A stretch of DNA of 64,000 nucleotides. It comes from Gnetum montanum (Eukaryota; Plantae; Gnetophyta). Shown here one piece after another: positions 1-12,699 of the stretch. Within the stretch, counting starts at the first letter, position 1, and each line of letters opens with the position of its first letter. Position numbers and translations under genes: made by a program. The DNA lies in NCBI GenBank assembly GCA_015680685.1, contig MNCI01002498.1, positions 248,001-312,000 on the forward strand, in the 5' to 3' direction. Under the pieces are notes generated by a model. That model made no database searches, was not told the DNA's origin, and saw only the letters and a program-made list of their open reading frames with translations.

Positions 1-845
1 CAAAAACAATAGAATGTTGTATACAATGATTTCTTATTGCTGACAGTTGATAGTTCACAATGCTTGCATATTTCCCAATGGGATGAAGTTTTCTTATAGC
101 CAATATGTTTCTAAAATCACTTTGGAATTCATGCAATAGCTATTTAATGATCACTGGAGGCATCTTCTTTGAGGCTAATACTTCTTTATGCATCATAACT
201 TCATTATGGAAAGATGTCTTCTCCACAGGAAATACATCTTTATGGAGACATCTTCATGAAGAAGACATCTGTTGTTTTTCAAACATGTCTTTGTCAAAGT
301 AATTTTCAATTCAACCAAGACATCTACTATTTATTGGAGATGTCTTTACTTATTTTCCTTTACTTTAGCCAAGACATCTATTATTTCTTGGAAGATGTCT
401 ACTCTTTAGGGGAGATGTCTCTTCTATAGGCTCCAAAAATAAAACTACTCATTTTGATGCTGGGAGCCTCTAGATACTTCCAACTAAGTTTCCTTATATC
501 CTATAACCTCATAAACTCATCAAAATGAGCCAAAAACACTTCGAAATATGTCAAAACATCCAAGAATCATCCTCAACAACAATCAATAGAAATAGATACA
601 TTTTTTCTTGAATTCTTTATATTTGTCCATGCTCCCTTGAGTCCTTGTGATCTTGAATTTGCTTGTGAGGCCTTGAGTCCTTTGTTTTTGCTCCTAATTT
701 GCTTATGAGGTCCTTGTCCCAATCTTTATTCTTTCCATTGCTCTATGAAGTATTTTTTCATAATCTTATCCTCTAAACACAACCCAATGCAAACATCCTC
801 TTTCCTCCAATTTTCTTAAGGTTTTCACATACTAAAAGGTCAAAA
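1..845 (-). repeat. 3' LTR of element A (partial)
   Basis: Aligns by eye to ~4544-5426 and begins immediately after the PPT AAAAAGGGGAAGAT on the minus strand. Confidence 0.9.
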
Positions 846-936
846 ATCTTCCCCTTTTTAGTAATGTTCAAAACCTAAGAAAATAGGTTAGTATAATCAC
901 AATATCACAATATACTAAGCACTTCTCCCACTTTTT
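846..936 (-). promoter_or_regulatory. Polypurine tracts (proximal PPT plus upstream copy)
   Basis: Minus strand AAAAAGGGGAAGAT at 846-859 and AAAAAGTGGGAGAAG at ~922-936. Multiple PPTs are typical of Sireviruses. Confidence 0.75.
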
Positions 937-3046
937 GGACATGAACAAAAAGGGAATGGAGGAGTTAAATTTCTAAGAAACAAAATTTGTTACCAAAGCA
1001 TATATTTTTGGAGAACCATTGCATAATTAGCATATCCATGCTCACACAAAACTCTCCTCTTGTATGGACAACATCGAAAAGAATCTTTCCAAATATCTAT
1101 AAAAAATTTCATAATAAAATTATGCATAATAGATAAACATTTTACAAGAGAAACATATGAAGAATATACATCTCATTAATTTTAAAGGGCTAATGAAGTA
1201 AAACTAGTGTTTATCAAGAGTGGTGCTTCATCTGTCCATAACAACAAGAGACATACTTGATCCAAGCTTTTCAAAAGATATTCAAGAGCAAGTAACCTCT
1301 CTTTAAACAAATATTCTTTGAACAATATAAGAGTAACTTCAAGATAAGTGAGTAAAACCATGCATATTCAACTTGTAAGTAATACATCTTACCATGCTGA
1401 AAAAGTTAAAATTTATCAAAAGATCAAAACCAATCATCTAGATAATTGATATATATGATAAAAATGTTATATATATATGTCGCATGGCTTAACAAAAGAA
1501 ATTATGAACACTTTTTCTAGTACTAATGAGAGTACTTGAGATTTCTATGGAGAGTAAATCTCAACATATATTTGCAATAAGGACAAAAGGTCAGACATAT
1601 AAGTAATTTCATATAACATATAAAGTTCAAGAGCTTTCATCAATAAAGACCATATTTAAATAAGGATTTTAAATATTGATAAATAAATGTCATCTTTTTT
1701 TTTACCAAATGAATATGCTCTTCCTTGCCTATTGTTTGATATAGGAGCTAGAGATAAGAAGTTTAGCAATTATCATATCTTTGAGAGAATCACTCAAGAT
1801 TTTTCTTGCATATGTGACCCATATTTTGAAACATCTATTGTAGAGAGACTGATACCAATTACTATTCTCCTCTTGAGCCTTTTAGGATCTTCATGTTGCA
1901 AATAAATTCTAAGATCAAGTATGGAGACTAAGGTCTCCCATTATTTATATCAAAACAAGTTTAAAACACTTCCAATCATGACAAAATATATTGAAATCAT
2001 TAACAATATGAACATTACACATACATAAGGGACTAGGTAATGACTCCATAAATCTAGAGTGTTAGATCAAGATCAAGTTTGAGGCCTCTCATATAAATAG
2101 AAAATAATTCATCTACTTAAGAAATTCCTTTTGCAATGTAACTTTTCTTAGAAGCTACATGAGTTACATTATATGTATTAATTTAAATACTTTAAATAAA
2201 AAAATATTCCAAAAGAAATTTGACAACAATGCCATATCACAATACATAAATGTTTAAACAACAGTCAATGTAAAAAAAATTTGGTCCAAAAATTACATTC
2301 AATGATTTTGGATCCTTAGAACAACTATGATTTATTAATAGGACATTATTGTATATTATAGTTTCCATTCAAAAATACTAGTCTAGTCAAAAATACCAAT
2401 GATTATTGTTATACTTATCATTACTTACCTTTCTTGGTAAAAAGAATTAAGGTGCCTAGAGAGCTAAAGAATGAGATTCCTCTTTCAAGGTTTCTCTTAT
2501 TGCATAGACTTATTCAATTTTCAAGGTTTGGCTTCCTTTCACAAAATTATTGGAGATAGAATTCTCATTCTCATGTTTCTTCCCCTTGATTATCCATTCT
2601 TTTTGAACTCCCTTATTCTTTTGAGTTGTCCAGGTTTTCCTGTGGTCCTACATCATTCCTTTTCTCGATACATTTTGTTAAGACCAAGGAGTCTGATGAT
2701 ATGACCAGGTGCTCATGTGATAAAAATTGAAATCACACTCCCATTGTTTATGCCCAAACTTATTATAATAATAACATCTAATACTGTTATTGTAGTAAGA
2801 GTGATTAGAATGATCAAACCTTTGAGGAATCTTTTAATGGATAGAATCTTCTTCTAATGTAGTACCCTTACTTCTTAGAGATTCCTTTAGATGGGATGAA
2901 GGTTGTGTAGGTTCTTCTTGGGAATAACATCCAAGTCCTCTTTTATCTTGTGAACTTCTTCCTTGTCCAAGAACCATTCAAAGGGACTCTTTCCCTTTAA
3001 CTAGCTTCTCATTCACACACTTTACATCTAAAATGTTTTTCTTAGC

Positions 3047-3500
3047 CTACTCATAAGACAAGGTTAGCTTTTCATTCTTAGCCCTTAGATCTAAGACTTC
3101 TTTTGTAAGATTAGATATTGTTATATTTAATAAGGAAATTTGCTGAGCCTTTGTTTTAACTTGATTGTTCAACTTTATACAAATATTTTGAAAAGATAAA
3201 AGTTCATTACACAATAAATAAAACCTCTCATCCTCATTAAGTTCATCATTTGAGGTGTCAACGTCATCATTGATGAAAGCCATATAGATATGGTATGAAT
3301 CCTTTGAATTGTCCTCCATGTCTTCTTTACTTTTTTCTCCATCATCATTTTTGTCTTTTGTTGTAACTTTCCAATACTAGGATATTCAAAGACCACATGA
3401 CCTATTCTAGCATATACTAAGCATTCTATTGAAGATTAATTAAAATTATAACTTGAAAATTTTTTACCTCTTTCCTTACTTTCAAATTGATTGGGTTTTT
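3047..3500 (-). pseudogene. Copia gag C-terminal remnant (zinc-knuckle region, acidic/coiled-coil tail)
   Basis: ORFs 3047-3319 and 3175-3396 are homologous to the gag tail at ~59540-59940 of element B (NEDERFYLLCNELLSF vs NDEERCDLLCNEFLSF). Confidence 0.7.
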
Positions 3501-3895
3501 GTTGATTAAAGCTCTTACTCGTCTACTCAATCACATTGGTTAGTTTTTGAATCTTAGCCTTAAGGTCTACGTTCTCTTTTTTGAGATAAAAACATTCATC
3601 ACTAAGAACTTTAATTTTCATTTCCTTGGAATGTAAAGCATCTTTTAACTTAATGCACAAGTTTTGTAAAGAAAGAACTTCATGGAAAAACATCCCATAT
3701 ATTTCTTCAATGGAAACATCATTTAGATTGTTATGAGTTGTATCAACTTTACAAGTATAGTTTCCTTTATTTCTAAATGTAAGGAAGGGAATGAGAAACT
3801 TACATTTATAGTAGATGTGATATGGGAATTAAGCACACCAATTGATGAAGAAAATTAGTCATTTTGTCCAAATGTGTTCAATGTTAAAGCACATG

Positions 3896-3907
3896 GCTTT
3901 GATACCA
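3896..3907 (-). promoter_or_regulatory. Primer-binding site, tRNA-iMet
   Basis: TGGTATCAAAGC on the minus strand, 2 nt after the LTR end ...CCTCA. Confidence 0.85.
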
Positions 3908-3909
3908 CT

Positions 3910-5426
3910 TGAGGATTGTTGAACTTACAAGGAAGGGAAGAATAAGTTCCAAGAATAAAAAAATTCTTCAACACAAAAGCACATCAAATTTTATGTGGCT
4001 TTCCAACTTGGGTACTCTGCACTCAGACGATAGATTTCTTGCACACCTTTAAACTTTATTTCTTTAAAAATGTGGTTTAGAGAACACCATAACCTTTACA
4101 AGATTTAGGCTCCACTATAGAGAGTTTTGTTGCTATGAAATCTCTCAATCACACAAGATCCCAACAAGCTCAAAATGTGATTTGAAGGGAACCACACCCT
4201 GTACAACCTCTAAGCTCTACTTCAAAGTGATTCAACGCCATGAATCCACTTAACCCCACAAGGTCTCAACAAGCTTAGAATGTGTTTTCCAAGATCCCAT
4301 AACCTTTATAGCTTAAGCTCTGCTCTAGAATGTTGCGGCACTAGACCAACACCTAATTCCATAGGATCTTGACAAGCTCAAGGATGATGCCTCCCAACAA
4401 GAAGCACATCAACCCCACAAGGCAACAAAAGAAAAATAAAAATTATATGGAAAGGATGGAAATAAATTTGTTGATTCTTGTACTTTTAGGTACAACACAC
4501 TTTAACCACTTACAACAATACAAAAGATGGTACAATGAGGTATAAGAATAATAGAATGATGTATACAATGATTACTTATTGTTGACACTTGATAGCTCAT
4601 AATGCTTACACATTTCCCAATGGAATGAAGTTTGATTATAGCCAATATGTTTTTGAAATCACTTTGGAATTCATGTAACAACTATCTAATGGTCACTAGA
4701 GATGTCTTCTTTGAGGTTGAGACATATTTTTTCATTCTAGATTTATTTTGGAAAGGTGTCTTTTCCATTGGAAAGATGTCTTTGTGGAGACATCTTCATG
4801 AAGACATGTTTCTTACTAAACTAATGTCTATTATTTTTCAAAGTTGTCTTTGTCTCAACAATCTTCAATTTAGCCAAGACATCTGTTATTTCCTAGAGAA
4901 CTCTTTACTAATTTTCTTTCACTTTGACCAAGACATCTACTCTTCAGGAGAGACATCTCTTCTATAGGGGAGATGTCTCTTCTGTAGGCCCCAAAAATAA
5001 AATCACTCATTTTGATGTGGAGAGCCTCTGGATGTCTTCAAGCAAGTCCCCATAGATCCTATAACCTCATAAAATCATCAAAATGAGTCAAAAACACTTT
5101 GAAATATAACAAAACATCCAAGAATCATCCTCAACAACAATCAACACAAATAGACATATTTTTCTTGAATGCTTTGTATTTGCCCATGATCCCTTAAGTT
5201 CTTGTGATCTTAACTTTGCTTGTGAGTCCTTTAGTCCTTTTCTCTTGCTCCTAATTTGCTTATGAGGTTCTTTTCCATGTCTAATATGAAGTCTTTATCC
5301 CAATATTCATTTGTGGAATTACTCTATGAAGTATTTGTTGATAATCTTATCCTATAAATACAACCTAATGCAAACATCATTTGTTCTCCAATTTTCTTAA
5401 GATTTTGACATACCAACAGGTCAATA
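3910..5426 (-). repeat. 5' LTR of element A (~1.5 kb)
   Basis: TATTGACC...CCTCA termini. Contains AGACATCT/AGATGTCT motif cluster and three ~104-bp internal repeats at ~4150-4390. Confidence 0.9.
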
Positions 5427-6560
5427 GGTATGGAGATTAGTCTTCATTACTTTTGGTGCTAATTTGATTAGAAATGTAACAAATGTAACTAGTAGCTATA
5501 ATGGCCATACTCCAATATTGGTTAAATAGTGATGCATGCTTTAGTAAGCACCTTCTTATATCTTGTATTGTTCTATTCCCTTTTTTAGCTACTCCATTTG
5601 ATTGTAGGCTATATTCACATGTGGTTTGATGAAAAATATCATTTTCTTTACAAAACTTGTGAATTCCCTTATTTATGAATTTACCTCATTTATCTAATCT
5701 AATAGCCTTGAAATTCATGGATTTTTCAATTAGTTTGAGAAAATTTTTAAAGTATTTGATGGCTTCATCCTTTTGCTTTAGATTGTAAGTCCAAGTGTAT
5801 CTTACATAGTCATCTACTACGACCATGAAATAACTTGCCCCTATTATTGAAAAAGTGGAAATTGGTCCAACAAGATCCATATGTAGAAGATCAAATGGTT
5901 CTTCCTTCTTTATCATGTGAGAGTTATGAGAAGAATTAGTTTTCTTTCCTTATATGAAAGTCCCATATTTATCTCAAGGAATATTTAAAATTTTTATTCA
6001 TTTAGCTTTTTTCTATTTTATCATTCTTTCAATTTTGTGATAGGAGGTATGATCAAACCTTCCATGCTAAAGTATAAAGTTACTAAATCCTCATTATTAT
6101 TTTCCTTGACTTCATCTTTGTTTGGGATTTAATTGGCTTCTATTGTGAGAACATGTATTTCTTGAGTAGTATGGTTGCTTATGATGTAACTTTTTTCATT
6201 GAGATAGTTACATTCAAGTTAATTTATTCTATTATTAAGGCTTTGATTTGCATGATTTCTTCATAAATGGATTTTTTGGTAATGCAAAATTTTCTTTTAT
6301 AACTAGTAGTAATTCCTTTATTAGAGACTTGTTTAATAGAGATGAGAGGACTAGAAAGATTAGGAACATAATACATATTGGAAATGGTGACTTTTTATTC
6401 ATTGTTTAATTTAACTACACAATCTCCTATTCCTTCTATGACTAAGTATTTTTCATCTCTAATTTTGCTGTTATCAAGACTATTGTTTATTTTGTAATTT
6501 AGAAGATAATTTTTATAGGGTGTCATGTGAATGTCCCCAATTCTAATTGTTCAACTTCCA
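5427..6560 (-). pseudogene. Copia pol fragment (protease, GAG-pre-integrase, integrase core) interrupted by element A
   Basis: ORF 5686-5916 FDLLHMDLVGP...YFMVVVDDYVRYTW is an rve core. Protease HMTP motif near 6520-6535. Confidence 0.88.
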
Positions 6561-7019
6561 AGATTAAGTAAATAATGATTAATCATGTTGATGAAGTAAT
6601 GAATTGATGAAAGATTGAATATTAATGATGAACTAGTTAAATTATTGCTAAAATTATATTCATGGTTCCATGATACAAATTTCCAAGAGATGCGTTAAAT
6701 ATATATATGTAACAAGTAGGATAAAGTTCACTAAAAATCATACAATATAGTCCCAATATTTAAAAAACATTAAAAATTAAATATATATGGATTGAGGTGA
6801 AAATAATATTACAACTACTCATAAATTCAAAAATTTACTATATTTTATTAAAATAAACTCCTATTATATAATACAAAAATCAATGTATTCTACTCTAATA
6901 AGCCAACAGTTATCACCTCATCATAACAACTATTACTTGTGGTTAACTCATGGTGATGTGAAATTGATAATCATAACCCATAGTAACTTCATGGCTGTTG
7001 TATCCACTTTAGCTTTTTC

Positions 7020-8360
7020 TATATAAGTCAGAATTGTGGGTAAGATGCATCACTTATTTAGTTTAACCTACCTTCAGGAATTCTAGATTTGACATTTCAC
7101 ATCATCAACAGTATTATTTATGATTCTCATCTTTAACATTTATCAAAATAATATCTCATGTTATTTCTGGCATCATTATGAATGTTTTTTCTCAATCTTT
7201 AGTTTTGACATATGGCATTGTCTTCTACATCGATACTAATTTCATCTTCTTCAATAGTTTGCGCCTAACATACAATGTCATTCTATTGTTCAATGTCCTA
7301 TGTTCATATTTTTTTTACATTTAATAACATTTTTTGGATCAATTGTATTTTCAACATCTACTATAATGACACATCATTTCTTCTATCTAGAACCTTCGAG
7401 AAGATTTTTTGAACCCCAATGTATTGTTTCCTCATAGTTTATGTAGCATTTATCATTTATAAATAGGAGAAGACCTCTAAATAGAAAGGGCTTGGTTGGA
7501 AGGTTAAAATAAATTTGAAAGCTAAGAAATCTTAGGGGAAAAATAGCTCTATATAAAATAGCAACTTTTCGCACAATTACTTCTTTAACATATTAAAAAT
7601 ATCTATATACTTCTCACGTCCTTAGAGTTTCTCTAATTTTTCCCTTTTCTACTAATGAGTTGTATCCCCTTCATGTTATCCTCTTGACACATGGAGAATC
7701 TTATTAGATATAGATTGATGCATAGATTTGATTCAATTTTTAGTTGCATCTCAAGATTTTTCTAATCTACAATAGTTCTTTTCAATCATGATCAGACACA
7801 TGCATTAGAGAGAAAGAAAGTGGTAATGAAACTCCTCATCAATCATCCTTGATCCCTAATTTCATCTCATAGGATTTCTACTGCATTCTTCCAATTTTAT
7901 TTCCTAGATACCCGCTTTCTATATTTCAGCTTTTTCTTTCTCTACCTTATACTTGGAATTGTAACAAATCTATATTATCCTCCTTTTACTTTAAGGATAC
8001 TATTTTAATAGATTTATTGCTATGCTGTAAGGTTTATTTTATTTTATTCATGTATAGTCTTCTATTTTTATAAATTTTATTCTACGTAATATTTCTTTTT
8101 GTATCACATCATGCATATTCTTTTCTTTTAGTAATTGCTACTTCACTTTACCAGCTATTCTTGACACCTATTTTCACTTATTTTTTTCTTATGTTTGGTA
8201 AAAATAGTACCTTAGATTATTGGAATCTCTAATTATCTACAAGTTGCCTTTCAATTTAGAGATTTATATTTTTAGAAACATTTGGTGGCCATTGAATTCT
8301 TAGCTCAATTTCACATAACATTGTTTGAAATCTTAGATTTATAATAATTCTAACCATAAT
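7020..8360 (-). repeat. Unclassified dispersed repeat, copy 1, with decayed coding remnant
   Basis: Colinear similarity to ~54280-55320. Shared minus-strand reading remnants such as LLKEKNMHDVI / LLKEKHMHEVI. Confidence 0.75.
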
Positions 8361-9596
8361 ATCTTTTTGATGATAGAATAAGAACCAGTCCACAAATTAA
8401 TATCATTTCTAGGAGATGGTCTTTAAAATATTTAATTTTCTTACTTCTATCAATGTGTCACACTAAAACACTAACATCACATCATCTCTCTTATAGAAAA
8501 AACTTAATTTAGATTTTTCACTTTCTATTTTAAGTTCAAAACTAATTATAGGGAAAACCAAAACTCTATAATAGCCTTATGAAATGACAATTATTGCTGA
8601 GACATAATCACAGCTATGGCATCATACTCTAATTAGATTTCTTTAAGCTTTAAAGGCTTAGTAATCTAAGGAGAAATCAATGATTTTCTAAGGGGTTAAG
8701 TGAAAAGAACTACAAGATAGCCTACTCTAAGAAAGAGATGGGCTTTTTACTCACACCAGATATGTTCAAGCTTATGGTAGAATATGAGTGGATTAATGAT
8801 CTTCCTTCTTTCCTTCCTAATCTAGATCATCCCATTTCATTGGAACATGGAAAGGCTAAGGAGATTATAGATTTCATCATGGAACAAAAGAAGATACAAG
8901 AAAAAAATACATCTCTAGACTAAAGAGACTAGGATAAAAACTATCTTAGATCAACCTCTTAGTCATCACATCACTATTAGAGGAAAAAGAGGGAGTATAG
9001 TCTCTAAATCATATAGCCAATTAATAGATAAAGATGATGAACAACCAACTCAAGGGCTTGACAAGACCAATCCTCTGGTACATCATATACATAACACTAG
9101 CATCATGGATGCTCAAAATTCTTTAAATAGATCTATTCCTCCTAGTGTAGGATCATCTAACCTTAGCATTCCCTTGTCCTTTCTTCCTCTATCTTATTGT
9201 TTGTTTCCTCCAAATAATGTTAGTAATCCTCACTTTTTCTTCCAATTCTCTAACTAATTTCTTTAATCCACATATATCATTCCTCAACCCTAGCCTACCA
9301 TACTTCTATTCCAATATATTTTTTTCTTATTTCTATTGCTTCATCATTGTTTAACATTTTCAGATGTTGTAATACATCATTTTTTCTCCTATACCCATCT
9401 AATTGTTTTTTCATTAGGCATACTCACTTCTACCACGTTTGAACATATTTCATACATGCATCCTCCCTTAACATCATTGCCTATTACTACAACTTAACAT
9501 ATCCCTCACTTCCTTAAAATAGATCTATAACTATTAGCACTACTTAATGATATTATGCTTCATCTTTAAAGCACCAAAAATAAAGAAGCTAAGGCA

Positions 9597-11950
9597 TTGA
9601 TCATGCAAGGAAACTCTTCTATTTCCTTGGATCAAGTCGTAAGTGATCCTATGAGCTCTACTATTTCTATGTTAGTTCTACTTAAGGGAATTTTATTATC
9701 ATCCTTTACAAAGTATACTGATGAAATGAGGGATCTTATGAATCATGTAGTCATATTTAGAAATGAATGCATGCTTATTACCCATTATCCTTACATCATA
9801 CTAAGATGTTTCTTTCACTCTCTCTTGAAAAGAGATTTGAAATAATATAGGCCTTTGCCTCATGGTCTTATTACCTCTGTTATAGCTTTCATAAAATGTT
9901 TCAAGTTTAATGTTTTTACACTAGTCTCATATACTTTATAGTTATCAAATAAGACATAAATAAACTCATCGACAAGTTTATTTCTTAATGAATAATGACA
10001 TCAATCAAATCACCATATCATTTGGAGAAATGTCACTTGCAAGATATTCGTAAAGCTACACTTTTTGACTATATTTAGAAGAGAATATCTTAACATAAAC
10101 CCCATTCTTTGAATTATGTTTCTTGATTGTTAGTTGCATTGAAGAAGCTGCCATTCAATGTGATGACTGAGAATTTTTGTAAATTTGTAACAAAGCTAAT
10201 AGGGATATGAAATAAAAGAAGAAATAATAAAATTCTCAAGTTGTTTCTTCTTTTTCTAAGGTAAAAAATAGTTCTTCCTCAAACTTTTCTTCTTTAACTC
10301 AATAATCCAAACCTCAAAGAAGAAGAGATCAATATACTAAAATAACCATGAGAGATTCAATGCTTCTTAATAATCTTCTTATGGATGGAAACTTTAAGAG
10401 AATATAGGTTTGTAATCAGGTAACAGCATGTTATCAACACATTCATATTATGGCAATAGATGCTTCTCAAAGATAGAAAGATAACTCGAAGGTACCTAAG
10501 TTGTATAACTACAAAAGTACTATTATTATCATGAGACTACTAGTCATGACATAGATAACTATAGAAATTTGAAGGATCACATTCAAGACCTTATAGATAA
10601 GGGTAAAATAGTAGTGGAAAATTAGCCATCCACTATGAATCCAAATAATTAGTTACTGGAGATATTTCAGAATTCCTTGGGAGCTAGAAATATCATTTTA
10701 ACTTTTAAGCCAAAACACAAGGCTTGTAACTTCCCACCTAGAGGGCCATATATCATTCATTTTCTTGACTATACTTATCACTAATAGTCTCCACCATAAT
10801 CTCAGAAGGCTTATGTCATTTATTAGTTTGACTAAGCCAAAACTTCATTGAAGCTAAACTACCCTTTCCCATCTCGTTATCATAATAATGCTATTCCAAC
10901 TAACCAAAAGATAACTACGACTTGTATTGTTACACACTCCCATCACTCTACTCATGCTACTTAACTCATCCATCCTTCTTACTTCCATTCCATTCCAAAC
11001 CATTTTTAATCTTAAAATACCTCTTCACGTACTATATTTAATATGTTTTGTCATCACTTTTCATCACCACAAATAAGAATGCTTACTCATAGCCAACAGA
11101 CCAATAAGTTACAATTAGATAAACATAATGAGAAGGTTACTTATACACCTAGGTAACTTTCTAAAACATCAAAGAAGATGTCTTTTCAACAACATTAGGA
11201 ATCTCTTCCTTTAGGTAGCCTTCAACCTTCATCTAATCCCATATAGCTAATTATAATGGCACTTGGCCCATGATCATTTCAATTAATGGATGATAAATTC
11301 ATATAGCAAATGGCTATTATTTTTCATTCAAAAGAAACTAACTTGTCATAATATGACCTCATAGTGACCTCTAAAGAACATCATGCTACTTTATATGATG
11401 TACTTAAGAGAATTGTGGTCCTAAGTAATATTATAGATCAAATAGAGGCTATATCATCCTTTCCTTCAGTCCCTCATTAAGGATCAAATAATCTAAACTT
11501 CCATGATAAGAATATCAAGAATGATTTGTAGACAAGAGATATCTGTTAGCTACCACTCTACATTACTATCAAAGTATCACATGATGCTTCAATATCATTG
11601 ATACATGTTGATGATGGTACCAAATATAACATGATAAAATGGGCTATTGTTAGGCATCGCAGTCTCCATGATCAAGCAACCTTTAATGAAACTTATACTC
11701 ATCTTGTTTCTTTTAATGGTACACAAGTGAAAGTCATAAGTTTCATTAGGTTGTCATGCATAGTAATTGATTTTATATACTTTGAATCCTTTTTCATGAT
11801 TATATGTGAATGTCTTGGTGTGAATGGAATACTAGGATGCCCTTAGTTAGCTTAGCATCACATAGTATCATCTCCTATATAGCAAAAAATTCATTTTCCC
11901 TTTTGAGACTATGAGATAAACATTTTAGCTTATATGCAGATTCTAAGTAT
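9597..11950 (+). pseudogene. Tat/Ogre gag and aspartic protease remnant (outer element)
   Basis: FTKYTDEMRDLMNHVVIF...CFFHSL (retrotrans gag), YYYHETTSHDIDNYRNLKDHIQDLIDKGKI (Tat-type knuckle), IHVDDGTKYN and NGILGCP (protease). Confidence 0.85.
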
Positions 11951-12699
11951 TTATCATTTAGATCATGAAGCACTTCCTTATTAATGTAGTGGTTAAGTAA
12001 CTATTATTAAAGTTGAATCTTTGGGTAAATTTGTAGTTACCTCTCATTTTAAGAATTCTACTAATAACAAGGACTTAATAGACTTGAATGATGAGTCTAT
12101 CCCTAATATTGAATTTGTGACAAGATTTAAAAAGCTTGATATATCTTCTACTAAGGAAAATATTTTCCTTTATCCTTCTCACTTGACTACTCAAAAGTTC
12201 ATTACTAATATAATAATGTTAGAAGCATGAGCTTTGAAATATTTACTATTTTATTTTCCACTTTTCCTACATGATAGGCATCTACTAGCATTAATTAGGA
12301 TGATACTAAAACTTTGCTTTAGAACTTTATCACCTTTTACTATTCATTGCTTATTATTAATAGGAAATGTTAAGTAAGAACTAGTTACTTAATGTTAATA
12401 CATCTCATCATTTTCATTGCCCTTATTTTCTTAGTTTTCTATTAATATACAAGCCATGATTTTCTTATTAATAGATATACATGCACTTTACTATACATCT
12501 CATGACACACAATGGTTGGTTGATTAAAATGATAATTTTTATTACTATCTTACAAAAACTTGTAAAATTAGTATACATTATAATATCTAATATTGCACAT
12601 TATTTCCAAAATTTCATTCATACTTATGATGTTTTACAAAGAATAATTCTCTATGTCAAATATAAATGTTGTGTAAACTAATGTAAAAATGCCAACTTT

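Larger units (their letters stand above)
1..5426 (-). mobile_element. Non-autonomous Ty1/Copia (Sirevirus/SIRE-like) LTR element A, truncated by window start
   Basis: Direct repeats 1-845 and 3910-5426, tRNA-Met PBS, two PPT-like tracts, gag remnant. No RT or INT found in the ~3 kb interior. Same family as 57506-61696. Confidence 0.85.

Noticed and set aside
105-4967. Short ORFs 105-429 and 4632-4967
   Set aside because: They lie in LTR motif clusters, on the antisense strand, with no protein family resemblance.
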